Assembly: GCA_002633005.1 (NCBI GenBank)
Contig: NMRA01000374.1
Location: 1-64,000, forward strand
Length of the DNA stretch: 64,000 bases
Reading direction: 5' to 3'
Source of the DNA: Phoronis australis
Taxonomy: Eukaryota; Animalia; Phoronida
Shown: positions 35,101 to 50,100 of the stretch, piece after piece
Layout of the letters: every line of letters starts with the position of its first letter
Numbering within the stretch: the stretch's first letter is position 1
Program-made: the position numbers and the translations under genes
The notes under the pieces: model-generated
Told to the model about the DNA's origin: nothing
The model's database searches: none
The model's input: the letters and a program-made list of their open reading frames with translations, nothing else

Positions 35101-38100
35101 TCTTTAAATGTACAGTTTCAGTTACCCACGGGAAACTAGGTCGCAAGCTCGTCGACTAGATATCAATAGATAGATGTATCTATTCACTTATAATAAAGTT
35201 AATGGCAAGCATTTATCTGTGACGGGCTGATGTGCGCGCATGGTACGATATCCATGCGACTTGTATTGTTATGTGCAACAATGGCTCAAGAAAACAATGG
35301 AAGTGTCTCATAGGCGATAACCATGCCACGGGTGCAAATTAAACAGCACATTGCGACCTCCATACGACGTCATTTGGCAGGGGTTAGGGTAACTTGTTAT
35401 CGTGTCAGTGGTTTTAAATTTGAAATTATTGTGATTTGAAAGTTTCGGTTCTTTTCACGCACTTGAAAAGATTTTTTCGAAGCTGCACTGAGGTAGGTTT
35501 AACACCTCGTGTTTTATTGCATTCATCTTCCGTTTCCAGTTGGTGATCGAAAATACCTACATTACAGACACGCCGAGGTTCCACCACAGAGGTCTTATGT
35601 TGGACACCTCCAGACACTTTATCCCTAAAAAGGATATTCTATTGACACTGGCAAGTATGATTTTATAGCACCTCGACAGTTGCAATTTTGCATACATACT
35701 CCATTCATGATTAGAACCGTTAAGCGCAATAGTTGTTGTTACACGACTAAAAGCCGCAGCCAGCTACATGTAATACGTTGTACAGCGCCGTGGGAAAAAG
35801 AGTCCTGTTCACCATACGCTCGCTTCAAATATTAGTATTAGCCGTCTTTGTTTCAGGACGCCATGTCTTATAACAAGATGAACGTTTTTCATTGGCATAT
35901 CACGGATGACCAGTCTTTTCCATTCCAAAGCAAAGTATTTCCCGATCTCAGTAAAATGGTAAGTAAGACGTTATCTTGAGTTTGCAGAACAGATACTTAA
36001 ACTGACTTTCCGTCATAATTTTCCCAAAATTCTTGTGACCCACAAATCCCGAGTTCATGAAGTTCAGCTGCGTTCTACGACATATCGAGGATATTGCACC
36101 TACCCCGGTCACCGTCCACTCCGCTTCCCTCTCTACCACTCTGCATACATGCTAGTTTAATCCATACAAACTTTTTTACGGAAATTGTGATACTTAAAAC
36201 TTGGAAGCCTTTACAGGAATAAATTAGAATAACTTTATTTTGCCATATAAGACAAAAGTAAATCACCAGGTTAAAGTGCTCACGAAATGGGTTTTCTACA
36301 GCTCGGGCATCGCTGGATACATTAGCCTTTGCGAGACACGCGGCACACGAGCGAGCGAGCTTAGCACCCCGTCACCAGGTAGCGAGACCGTCTCAATCAC
36401 GAGTCGGGTCACCAAGAACAGAGTAAGGTTCAGTAACGCTAGTACCTCACTTAAAAGCAAGACTGCGTGATTACGGGAGATATTGGCTAGATTTTAGCGA
36501 GGTTCTAACGGTTACTGAACTCTACATTGGACTGGTATCATAGCTGAGACTAGACGGCTCTGACTTATTCTGGTTCGTGATTGGTCACTGAAGTAACGTA
36601 TCGATAAGGTTGGCCCTTCTAGCGAGGACATAGATTGATCCCCTCGTCACAATACTTGTATTTAAAAAAACTGATTTCATATTGTTGTTTGCTGGGTACT
36701 GGCATTACATTTATAATCTCATCGTCGGCGTTTGTGTTCGTGTTTGTTCGTAGTAAATGCGCAACACTTAATCGACATCTACATGTATCAGGTCAGTCAG
36801 TTAACGTGGTTTTCCAAATAAGGCAGTCACTACAGACCTTGCTTGTACTTTTGGCTTGCACGAAGCTGACTGCGCGTTGAAGGCTGGAACGAGGGTAAAC
36901 TGGGACTGTCAAACAATTAACGTGATATCGACGTTTCGCGAGTCTGCTCAAAAACAGTTATGGGACAATCCACGAGAATGGGGAGCAGAAGAAGTGCTTA
37001 CTTAAAACCAGAAATGGTCGCTTGGCATAAGAGATTGCACTTGATGCTCGATGTTGCAGGATAGTGTCCTGCTTTTTTCGTCTTAAAGCACGCTGTATCT
37101 GGTTATATGTGAAAGTAATCTTACCAAATCTGGGGAAGACATTAAACTTGGCGTTGGCTTACAGAGTAAACGGCGAGGCACCCGCACGCTACGGAGCATT
37201 TGCCAATATTATGAGACTGTTTTTTTCTGTGCAGAAAGGTAAATTTCTGCCACGAGATCAGGAAATTTTGTTCCTTAAACAAATAGGCACTCCGCCATTA
37301 CGGCGTTTTCCCGTCGCTCCCAACTTGTTCGAGTCTATAGCCCAACAACAAGTTGGGAAAACGACCCCTGCTGCCAATATCTTACACGACTGATTAACTC
37401 CATTCTGGCATTTATGGTTGGAGGGCCAGCTCTGTTTTGTTCGATAGTTGCTCTAACCTCCAATAAGATCTTATCTAGCCTCACTGGGCTGTGCTGTTAA
37501 AAATAAAAGTTAAGCTACAACATATTTGAGCATAAATCAATAGCATTTCTGAAATCCTCGTCAAATGGTGATCATGTTTAGTTCCAAAATCTCCCAACTA
37601 CAACCGAAGTTACGACAATAGATCTTTCCGAATGTACCAATTCGCTCTGGGTTTGACGGTGTTCACACATTGTTTGTAATAAGCCTGGTAGATAATTTGC
37701 CCGCTACTTGTCATACCAGACAAAAGACTGTGCTTGGCAGTTAACAAAGAAGCTAGATGTTATTACACGCTCACAACCCTCTACGTCTGGTAAAGTCACT
37801 GAATGGGAAAACACCGTATATGCATTCTGCCGCTATTGTTTAATGAACGAATTCAGAAGAAACTTCAATTTCTTTATCATTGCAAATGAGCCTTGTACGT
37901 ATTCAATGGCCATTTTTGATTTCTTTTTGGTTTACAAAATTAATTCCTTTCTGATCACTTCCATATGAATTTTAACCAGTAACCTTGTTCACAGTCGATA
38001 AATAACGCTTTTATTATTTGAAGAGTGAATTCATTTTGGTGTGTACAGTACATGTATGTGTGTGTTCATTGGCAGGGTGCGTATCACAAGACGTCCGTCT

Positions 38101-41100
38101 ACACCCATGAAGACATAAAGGAGATTTTAGAATATGCCAGGTTTCGGGGCATCCGCGTCATTCCAGAGTTCGACACACCAGGTGATTTCAGTGTATTTTT
38201 TCTTTCCAACGTCAATTTCGCCAAAATATCTAACCACCCATATTATAGAATAATGAGAAAAAACCATGCCGTGCAACATTGTTCTGAAAAGGTAAGTTGT
38301 TTTAAATAAAAAATTCAACTATTAGAAACCTCAACCCACTACCTAGGCAAAACAGCAATTTTATTTTTAAGAGGATGTCGAAGGTAATTTGACCTACTTC
38401 TTGAAACTCTTTGAGACTTTGTGTGCTCTAATTGGACGAAGGAATTCGCTTACTCAATACGACACATACATGTATCTGTCTCTGACGAGATTAATTGAGT
38501 AAGCCCCGAACACCATAATCCGATCACGCATCGATTTAAAAATTGCATTACTTTTATTTGCTAGCATACGATCCTGCTTCAGTATGTACAGTATCTGCTG
38601 GAACGAGTTGATCTGAGCTAATTGATCTATCGCAACCTCCGTCCCCTTGCATAATGTCGACTAACAAACAAAGTGTTACCCGGCAACTTGTTTTTGTCGG
38701 GTAAAATAGCGGCTTGGAAACGAAGGTGTGTCAATGCTGCGTTCTAAATGGTCAGTTAAGCCGTCATTCAAAATTCTGGCGATAGGTCAATTAGTAAAAA
38801 GGGTAGTGAACATGGCAAGAGACTGAAACGTTACACGGTAATGGTGGTGAAACTGTCGACCATTTTATCGTGTAAAAAAACATTTTTAAGCAGAACGCCA
38901 AATGAAAAAACATTTTGAGGAAAAAATGATCAAAACTTTTATAATGCTTAGAAAACTTGCACTTTAAGCGTAGGGCAAGTTTATTTCAAACTGATGTAGA
39001 GCCCTCGTGTAACCTCGTTTAACTCTCTGAGAATTGGAATGCTTATCTGATTGAACCTTTTTGGTCAATTTTTTCTTTCCTTGTCAAACCTTTTCTCTCT
39101 TCGCCAAATTAAATCAACAATTATTGGGGCGTGCATTACGTGATTACGAAGTATCAAGATCTGTGAGTAAGTCTTTGATCGCGAGAGCATGCAGTCAATG
39201 AGCTATCTCTTGTGAGCACGACACATGCGTTTCTTGCGAGGATATTGAGATCACATAAGTTTTCGAGAGATCTCACCGTGATTTGCAAGTGGGGTACCAG
39301 TGTACACTACATGTAGCTTTAGTCGCGAGTAACTTTATCTTCGAATGACAATCTAGCGCACATCAGCAAGACTTATACAATGTTTTAAGTCTCATGCTCT
39401 CATAATCACAGATCCTGAGGAATAGAAAAATGCATAACCAGTTCACATAGTATGTAGTTCTTTGTTTCATTAGGTCATACACGTTCATGGGGCAAAGCAA
39501 TGCCGCGTCTTATGACCGAGTGCAACGCGACACGAACCAATGAAAACTTCAACCCAACAAAAAAACGTGTTTACACGGTTCTTACCTCCTTTTTCAAAGA
39601 AGTCATGGAACTTTTCCCAGATGAATACCTACATTTCGGCGGTGATGAAGTCCTTCCGCATTGCTGGTAAGATAGGAGTGTTACGTTATTTCTGTTGGAC
39701 ACGCCAAAAAATAATTGCCTCTCCGGCCTGGCAGTTTTAGGCCCTACTGGACATTTCTCTAGTGTTTTTGGTTGTCTTTCAATTTTCAGTATCTAAGATC
39801 CCCTATGGGATTCTACCTTCGTGCTTCCCCCAAAATTACCTTTCAGTCGGGCATCTTTCCAGCGTGTTTCTTTGTTTTCCATTAGCACTTATTTCCACTC
39901 TCCGTTCGCAGTAGTGAAATGTAGACATTTGATAATCTTCAGATTACATATACGCATCTTCCCTATACAAGTCACATGTAAATAATCAAGCCAAAAAAGT
40001 ATAGTCCGACAATTATTCCAAATTTAAGGATGACAAAGCACCAGTCGACGCCTAGATACATGTGTAGCGTACACGTACGCCTCTCAAACATTAGACACTA
40101 AGGGTCCGGTTCAATGTTTGATTGTGGTCCAACTGTCCCATCATTGAATTTAGTGCTGATACTCTGGTGTTCTTTTTTAATTCGGGTTCTGGATTGTATC
40201 ACCGTCTGTTTTTGTTGTTTTGAGTCCGGACATCCACACTATTAAGGGATGGCGACTTAATTGGCTTTCAAAAACTCTTGCTTCTTTCAAGCTGGCTTTC
40301 AACTTTGCATTTAAACTTCAAAACTTTGCATTCTGTTACATCATGTTTTGTTTCAGGCTAAGCAACGAAGCACTCACCAATTGGGTGGATAATAATCTCG
40401 ATGGAGATATTTCACGCCTTCCGCTGTTTTATTTTACCAAGTAAGTAAAAAATTAACTATTCCTACCGTCCTATTGTGTATCAGTTTGAGGATGGTCTAG
40501 AGTCTAGACTCCAGACAAAAGATTGCGAAGTCATCCATCGTCGCGATGAGCTAATACTCCCATTTTGCATTGTTAGACACTGGACGGAGTCCCTTGTCAC
40601 CCCATTCCACTGAAAGATGTTGATACCGGGATGAAGAAGAAACTACGAAACTCTCAGGCGCTAAAAACAAAATGCATCTGTCTGTGCCAAGATTTTTAAA
40701 GAGGCAATATTAACGCACTTTCCATCGAAAAATTCTCTTTCGATTTCGAATACTTTCGGCTATGTTCCCAACCTGTTTTGTACTCAGATGAGACGGGATT
40801 TTGGTCCTACAATGAACTCAGGGTTCGATCTGTCTATGGGCAGTTGACTCACAGGACTTGAACTCTAAAGGTCAGTTTTGAAGACCTGTGGGTTATCAAT
40901 TTGAGTTTGCCGTTTGAGGGTTTTCCTTGCACTAGTTGCTAGCATGCTGTAGCATATTGCTTTTGTTTCTTTGCCCCCTCTGTTATTGTATAAAACTAGA
41001 GGACTCCTTCATTTCCTTTCTTACAAAGACCTAACCACTGGCATTTTTGTTTCAAGCCTTCTGCACGCTGCCAGGCTGATCCCAATATCATGCTGAAGTT

Positions 41101-43558
41101 ACGTTTAAGATACATTACAAGAAAAAAAGAGTATAATTAACTCAGAAGGCACTATGTCATTTAAAACAATCTCTGTGCTATCAATACCGTAGTCTCGGAT
41201 GTGTCGTTTATTTACCTGCGCTGCACGTTTAAATGTCGCTTACTAGTCGTTCGTTACAAAATATGCAAGAGAATTTGTTGTAGTGTAGACCTTTAGATGT
41301 ACAATTTTTATCCAGTCAGGAATCGAACACACACCCCTTCTTTCGCAAAGTGCTGCCTTCGCCACCCGGCCAACAAGCAGTGCCAGCAAATGTTTGATAA
41401 ACGAGGCCTCTATAATGTTTTTTCCCACGTATTTGAAAACTGGCATGTGTTGGAGACCCATACCCGATGTATTATTGCCACATGGTGTCCACGAGAACTG
41501 TATAACAATCTCAGCGATTCATAATTTTGTGAGAACTTTCCCATTGACACTAGTTACAACGATGGACCAGGCGCTGTCACTACAATTTGCAGTAAACATT
41601 TATAATCGTTTTCTTATATGTACGCTACTTTGAGTTATGCTTTCGTAATGTTTGCTGTCCTTTATCAGTTTGAATTTTTTCTTCGGCAACATCTTTCGAA
41701 CGCGTAATTTCACCTGGTACATGTATTTGTGTTTGGGGCTGGAGACTGATCCAGATGCAAAGCGCATTGATTTACCACATGTCTCCACGATTTAATTATT
41801 TATTTTCACAGTATGGTAGACCCATAGATATTATCTCCATAGTTATGGTCAGTTAGGTCCCCATTGCTTACAGTGAGTTTATTGTTTTGATCGGGTGTTT
41901 TTTAATTGGTACAAGACGCAAATGCCGACACCAGTTAACATGAGGTGGCAAAAAGTGCGTCAATTAGTTGTTGCAAGGGACCATGCTCGGCGATTCAAAA
42001 CGTTGCACTACAGGTAGTTCGCCCTTTCACAAAATAGTATAACATCTACCAATTGATGCGCTTTTGTTAGACTTGTTCTTTCTGTCACGTTCATCTACGC
42101 GTCGCTTCAAGCAAAATGTTATCTTAACTTTGTCTTTCTTCGTCAACTACACTGTAGACCTAGTGCGCTTTGGGCGGAGCATCTTGGTGAAAAACGCACC
42201 CTATATGAGCGGTTCTTCTTTGAAAAGGTGACTTAGTTCAACAACTTGTCTCTATCCTTGGTTTGTCAAATGAACGGAGCATTCTTATGGAGTACTCCTT
42301 GAAATAATTATATCAGTCAAGTAGGGCCTGGGGTCTAACTTTAATTCGATTTCATTTTACAGACTATTTTCTAAGCTTGAAAAGTCGGGCAGGAAGTTCA
42401 AAGCTATTGTGTGGCAAGATCTGATTCAAGATAAAGTGGTAAGAGTTGTACGCCATTACATTCCTTTGCGTCGCTACGTACTTTAGCCAACACCAGCGAG
42501 TACTCTTATCAGCACTAAAAACAGACCTACTTGTGTAGCCTCCATGACATCAATTTGACATCTACATTAACTACCCAAGTGGATGGCTCATTATCCAAAG
42601 GGCCCAGACAGCTCATCTCCATGTCTTTGGTGTTGTTTATAGCACAGTTTTAATCGGGTGAAGATAATTGAGCGAGGACTGCTTACCTTTGCAGTAAATC
42701 AGTTGAAGTCAATTTGCATTTGGCGTGTGTAAACACGATTATAGCGAAACGGTTTTTGTAATTTGAACACTGAATTCTTTTCCTTTTTTGTGTTGTAAAC
42801 AGTTGTGGAATCATTCATTCTTGGAAATGTAGATTTTCAGAAAGCAGTTCTATACTTCTAATTTGATAGACAATATTGTTTAGTACATTTTATGACCCTG
42901 ATTGCAACGCTCGATTAACTCATTATGAATGGTTGTCGCTGAGCCGACGCATATTAGTGGCCGTGTTATCTGGACCTCGCCTGTTCATTAGCAGACGTAG
43001 AAGTCAATGAAGATGACAAGTCCATGTAATTTCAGTTTGGTCCCAAGCGCGCTGCAGCTAATGTTGTCCGATCACCGGCAAACGTGTTGTTGTTGTGACT
43101 TTTTTGTTCTGCAGTAACAACAGATACATCTCTTGTTAGAACTCAGCAACTCTCTAGATAACTTCGACAGAGTGTAACAAACAGCTGCAAAACGGTCATT
43201 ATTTTACGACATTGTCTCTTCCATAAAACGTTTTTATTTCAAATATATTGAATTTGAAGAATGTCTGCGCCAAACTTTTGATACTATGCCATTAAATATT
43301 AACCGCAACATCAAATTGCACAATGACGTCACATTAATTAATAAACAAGCCCAACTGTAGACATTAGTGTGACTTCAGTTCACTGTGGGAGTACCGTACC
43401 GACAGATGGTTATTGAATGATAAGCTAAATTCATTCGACAATGTTCTTGGGCTCAAAAAATTTTTTCGTACCACTTAGCGTCACAAAAAGCACTTAGTTG
43501 GAGGTTGGTTCGATAGTCCGAAGAGCCGAAATTCCGAAAAGTGGCTGCTCTTCGGTTC

Positions 43559-43621
<63 letters not shown>

Positions 43622-44122
43622 CATGTATCTTTCTTCAGATGGCAGTTGTAACAGATATGTATTTTATTAAACTTTACAGCGTTTTATAATACATTAGTTT
43701 CCATGACAATTCCTTCAGTAATTGCGCTCTTATGTATGTAACTTTATATTCGTGTTTAATGTCATTGTTCTTGTTCTATGTATCTAGCACGATAAGCGTT
43801 TATGATTTTTAAATTTATTTGCCTTTGATGACTGAAGTATAGTCGAAGTACCGCTACTGTTTTATTATGAAATGTTTTGTACAGTGTTTTATTATATATT
43901 TACTCATATATTTGTGTTCGTGATGCCACTTGCACTCGGCAATCTACTATTTCAACTGCCATCTGAAGAAAGACATCTATGTAGACACTATGAAAGTTTG
44001 TTGAACAAACTAATTAAAGCCAAGAACAGCTTACTATTCAATGAAACATGTATAAAAGAAGGTCTGCTACCCAAATACACAGATATATGTGTGTGTGTGT
44101 GTGCGTGCGTGCGTGTGTGTGT

Positions 44123-44194
<72 letters not shown>

Positions 44195-47100
44195 ACAGTG
44201 GTGTAGTGGGAAAATTAGAGGTAAGTAGGCGCCCAAAGCCTACCGTATCATCTTGAGCAGTGAACGTAACTTACTTGCGTAGGCTTTTTACAAAATTCCA
44301 TCAGTGATGTATGTACAACGCTTTATTTTTTTGGGTCGATGCCCGTATTAAGGTTTCGGCCCTACATTCGAAGCTACGCCTGTATTTGGAATCAAATGTT
44401 TGCGCCTATACGCGAACCAAAACTGATATTGGTAAACGAGATTAATATGTTTTCAAAGGATTTCAACTTTTAATTCAATAAGAGGAGACTTTTCAGCTAC
44501 CCATGCAAATTTCACATTTTGCCAAAGATTACTCTATTTGGACGGTTGTAACAGAAACTAAATTCGATGACCCCTATCCCCCATTTTTACCGATTCGAAG
44601 TATCATGCAAGGACCAAATGAAAAGTTATGCATTTTTTAAATCAACGATTATAACTAATTTTATCTTCACTGATCTATGTTGGAGTCTTCATCAGTCTGC
44701 GTTGAGTGTCCCATCAGAAGATATTGTACAGAAGACTGGTTTTCTAAGCTCCATGCTCTGTTCATGATATCAGTTTCAAATTGGACATAGATGGATTCCT
44801 TAGCCTTTTGCTTCCTATCAGCACTGGGCGGAATTCAATGAATAGTGAAATTGATGCACTGGTATTGAGGGTCAACTGGCCTCGACACTTTGATGTAAAA
44901 CTTGTACTCACGCGAAGATGCTATACGGCTAACGAAGCAAATGTTGTTAATTACCACCAACTTCAGAGTAATCGCATTTATTTTTAAACTGTTAACATTA
45001 CTCTGTACAAAGTCTGGTGTTATCAAGTCATATGTGTTACTTATTAACCTTGTAAACAAGTCAATGATCTCGTTTGTTGTCAATTTTGTGAGGAATCGGA
45101 ATACGAAAAGAGAAGGCTACGTCGAAGTGCGGAAGTACATTCTAAGAGGAGAAAATCCGCTGAAGCGATGGTAAGATGAACACAATTCTCAATTAGTGTC
45201 ACTACCCGTGAAACACTCGACTGGCATTTCAACGGTGAAGCGCTGGAGAAATGACCTTTTCCGCTAACAACATTTGTTCCACTTCCCGTGATGGTCAGCA
45301 AAGTATCACCCTCATGTAGTGAACATTTTCTGAAAACGTAGACGCCACTGCATTTTTGCCGAAGTGTACCCTCGAGTATCTTCTCGATCTGTAATTTTTC
45401 TTTCAAACTTAAGTAGTCCTGGACATTCGTTATGCAGCAATACGAGAGTCGAAGAAACACAGGTCAGCTGAGTAAGGGACACCCCCCCCCTCGAAATGTA
45501 GACCCGCCATTGCCAAGATGTTGGTGGTTTTCTAACAGAAAGGAGTCATTAGTGATTTTATACGCCCGCATACTAGTACGGGTGCATATTGCCGTCATCA
45601 CTGTATGGGTTCGCGGTGGCCTGCGTCCGCTGCTGTGTTTAATTATAATAACCACTCACATGATATTCAAGAGATTCGGCAGTTGTGTTCGTATAAAAAT
45701 GGCGACAGAAGATTCAATGAGTTCAATGTGGACCGGACTCCGCAGACTTTGCCAGCTGACTGTAATTTTATTATTTTACATTTGCCTCGTGACTACAAAG
45801 TTCCTGGAAAAATTTATGAATTTTGACACATAGGTTTATATTGCAACGACGACGACACCTTCTCAATTCCCGACGGATTTGACGTGGTCTAGTTGCGCCC
45901 GCTAATGAGCATTTTAGTATTTCCGAGTAACGGTTCTGCATCAGCGCACGCGTGACCAGAGTGGCCCAGCAAATATCAACGCAAACCACCACGTCAATGA
46001 GTTATCACGCAATTCCACGCGAGTGGAAGGCGAGTTTTCCAGGAATATGTTCGAACCTTGAAAAATGGCTGCCACTGAAATGATTGATCGGTGAAGTTAC
46101 CATGTGGAACTATGTAACTTCGTGTGCGATGTAAATAACAATCATGTACAGAAGAGTAGAATTCTTGCCAATCTGTTTAGGTTGGCATATGTTATTGAAA
46201 GGAGCACGATTGGTCAGTGTTGGTTTTTAGACAGATTGATTACCTTGGATCTTTATGACCTGTGTGTTCCCAATAAGGAGGGCACAACTGGTGCTGATTT
46301 TGTGATTTTCGGATGGACCGACTGTCGTAGATTGAAATATTTGGAAAAGTAGCTCCCCTTACATCTTTGCTGTTTTTAATTGTGGAGCACGCGGTGGGCG
46401 CAGGTCAACGCTCCAAGTTACTCTTGTTGAAGGTTTTCTATACGTGGTTTCTACTGCATTATAATACTCATAATCTATAAACTTTTCAGCCTTTGGCTGG
46501 CACCCTCATTCATGTTTGGAAGAGGGACTACAGAGACATAATCGACAGCATCCTCGACACCGGATATGACGTCATATTTTCTGCCTGTTGGTACCTGAAC
46601 TACATAGAATATAGCACAGACTGGACAAAATTTTACTTTTGTGACGCCGACAGATATTTACACCGCAACGGTGAGTTACAGTTAAAAGAAGCGTATAATG
46701 CATATAAACTTAACGCTATAACTCGCGTTCGACCGTTGTCCGCGACAAACGCCAGGACATGTACACGACCTTCTGGTGATTTGTGTCTCGCCACTTCGGA
46801 AGAGCAACTATTTCACGTTGCCGCTACTCCCGGTTCGACAAATATATCGTCCGAACTCAGTGGTCTGAATTGGTCGAACATCGCCCGATATAGGTGACTT
46901 GCCAGGCATAGACACTATAAGATGTGAAATTTGTGCTCGTAAAAATGGGATGGCAATCGCTAACGGCCATCACTCATTCATCGTCAGATCACGATGCAAT
47001 TGATAAAATCAGATGTAGCCGCCGGAAAAATCTTAAAGTACTTATCTCAAAGGTCAATCTCGTTAAAAAACGTTAAAATGTATATTAAATTAAGTAATAT

Positions 47101-50100
47101 GTAATATGGCATAATGTTCACATCCGTTCTATTATCAAACTAAAAGCCTTTTTAGCACAATTTTGTATCTAACTCGAAGTCCGAAAATCATCGAGAATTA
47201 CGGTGACCCGAAATCCTGTGTATTACTTAATAATAACAACAACAACATCAACAATATCAAACTTTATTTATAGAGGATATAATACAATGGATTTTAAAAA
47301 CTTGCTTTAGCCAAAGGCTAATATACAGCATGGTCTTCTCCCAGCAATAAATTAAATTTAATAAATTAAGATAGATTAAATTAAGATACACTAAATTAAA
47401 TGAATATTTTATTAATTAAATTTACAAATTGAATTAAAAATGAATTAAAACTTTCATATGGTATATACAATGAAATGAAGGGGAAAAGTGGCTATAATGA
47501 CCACATCCACTGGTAACTGGTGAATTTGTGTCTAAAGTCACCAAAACCATAAGCCTCCTTTGGACTATTTGGCAAGTCGTTCCACTGTCGAATGGCTGGA
47601 GTATAACGAAGTACACGACGTACTGGTCTAGGTAGGTACAACAAAATTGTTTGACAAAGGAAATCAGGACGATTCCATGTTATCCTCGAAAGCGTATTGA
47701 CATCACCGTGAGCGTTAAAGTCCAAGAAGTACACCGTGACGCTGTTAGCCATTTATACAAGGTTAGAGGATGTTATAAGGATCCAAAAAGTACCTACCCT
47801 ATAACTAATACACAATCCGTAATCGAATAAAGTTTAAATAAACGCTCCACTCACCATTCAGACCCGATCAAAGAACACATCGCCATTTTGAACTTACCGC
47901 GAAGCCGGAAGTACAATTCATTCAGGAACCCAGTATATCTTTGCGACCGCAGTGTCTGTTACCAGCCTGCAAACGCGGATAAAATAATCGACAGCGCGCC
48001 TTAACGTTAATAAAATCAAAATACGGATAAGTGTATCGAAATTGCTGACGAAATGTGGCGTATAAATTTTGACAGAAATTATTTTGCCGGACTCGGGGCC
48101 CGTGGCCGATCGGACCAGACACTAGCGAACGGTAAAGGTATGCGGTTGCAAGCTGTTTTGTTGAAGTAAAAGGTTCAAATCATAAATGTATACATACAAA
48201 GGTAGTTTCAGACACTTGCATAAAATTTCGGACAGGTTAGTCCTGTGTCACACCTACAGCGGCAGCCCTGAGGTTAGCTAGCCTGCCAGCTAACGATCGA
48301 CTATTGCCATGATACATTTTTTAGTATTAATACTTACATTATACCATTTGGCACAATCCCCAAGTTTTCTTCTTGTAGATATTTCGCCACCGATTGGTAT
48401 GCTGTCGTTTATTGTTGGCAGTCAGTAGCTCGGCCGTAACGGAAGTCACGGAGACTACCGCCGGTTTCCGTCTAAACTTATTTTCGATAATTTTGCAAGT
48501 TTAATTGTTAGGATATACTAACTATATAACAATTTTATTCAATAATTTTGATATTGCATGTTTGTTATTTTGTTTATACTATTTGTTTACCAGAGTTAAT
48601 TTTGTACTCAGTAAAACACGCTTATCCTAGCCCGCCATAGTCGGCCTTGTTATTCAGTCGTTGGCACAGGACTGTGACTGGTAAGCTAAGTCTGTAATTT
48701 TTTGCAAGTTTCTGACACTATCTTTGTGTGTATACGGCATTTTTGATTTGAACCATTTATTCCATTAAAACAGCCGGAGACGGCATGCCATTGCCTTTCG
48801 CCAGTACAGTGGTCTTGATCGGTTCGCACCGCGTCGTCGGCTGCAGGTCCGAGTCCGGCAAAATAATTTCTGTCAAAATATATTTTGTCAACAATTTCAG
48901 TACAAATTGTCCCTATTTGGATGTTATTAGAGTTAGGTACGCTGTCGATTATTTTGTCCCCGTTTGCAGGCTGGTAACAGTCGCACAGCCGGCGTTCTTA
49001 AGCCTGGGTTTATGAGTAAATTGTACTTCCGGTTTTGCGGTTAGTTCAAAATGGCGGGGTGTTCTTCTGGTCGGAAGCATGAGTGGCGCGTTTACTTAAA
49101 CATTCTTCGACTATGGATTGTGTATAGGTCATGTGAGAGGTACTACGTGGTTGCTTAAAACTTCTCCTAACCATTTAATAAGTGTTAAGAAAGTGTGCCA
49201 CTAGGACTTTAACTATGATGGTGCACCGATTACTGGTTGCCGATGCTTGTAATCTCCCGATTATCGCATTCCTGTCGACTGAAAACTCGTTGTTTCAGCA
49301 TCGAAGCTTTACGTGACTTAAAGCAAATCCTAAATGTCGTACGTTTTTTCGGTCTTACAAAACTAACGAAGAGATTGTCATACGACTAACTTAACAAAGC
49401 CATTTCTCGCACAGCCGACTTACTGTTATTGAATCATTCTAACTTTTTAATCTAATCATTATTGTTAAAGCCATTTTCATCTTGTATGCTAGACAGTGAA
49501 GCCTTTCATTCTTGAAACTCTTCATTCCGAACATTAGCCTACCAAGTATAGTGTTTCTATTCCAGCACACTGTTAGGGTAACTCGAATGAACGCGCTGCT
49601 CCTCAAAATGGATGTACTAGTATTGCAGTTGTTATTGGTAAACCTTTATTTGTTAACTTGAGAATACTCTTGCCTAATCACCATTTCTATTATTTAGTGG
49701 TGAAACTCCAAGGCGTGCCTGCTCCCGGGAACATCGTGGGAGGAGAAGCGTGTCTGTGGACGGAATACGTGGACGCCACAAATTTGCACCAGACATTATG
49801 GTGGGTTAACATATCAATTGGAATTTTTCGTAAATAGCTGAATAAATTGCAAACATGGAGCGGCTACTCGTTGGACATGAGAGTCAGCTGCAGTGGCAGC
49901 AGCGTGATTGGAGAGCAACAACAGAAGAGGCAGCAGAAGCACCCCTATTCTTTGTCGATTAAGATCTTGAATTGTATTTAAAATGTACGCCCAAAAGTAT
50001 CTGCTGAAAATTGTCTTTAGTTACGTCCACTACGTGTGTCTAAAGACGCTAAGATTTCAACTGTATATATTAAGAAATAGATTGCAGCCGTGAGTTCTTA

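Noticed and set aside
43498-44228. ORFs with HTHTHT and VCVCVC runs as metal-binding proteins
   Set aside because: These are translations of (CA)n and (GT)n microsatellites.
44567-46352. Cluster of 60-130 aa ORFs in hexosaminidase intron 9
   Set aside because: No recognisable domain or consistent splice structure. Probably decayed repeat sequence.
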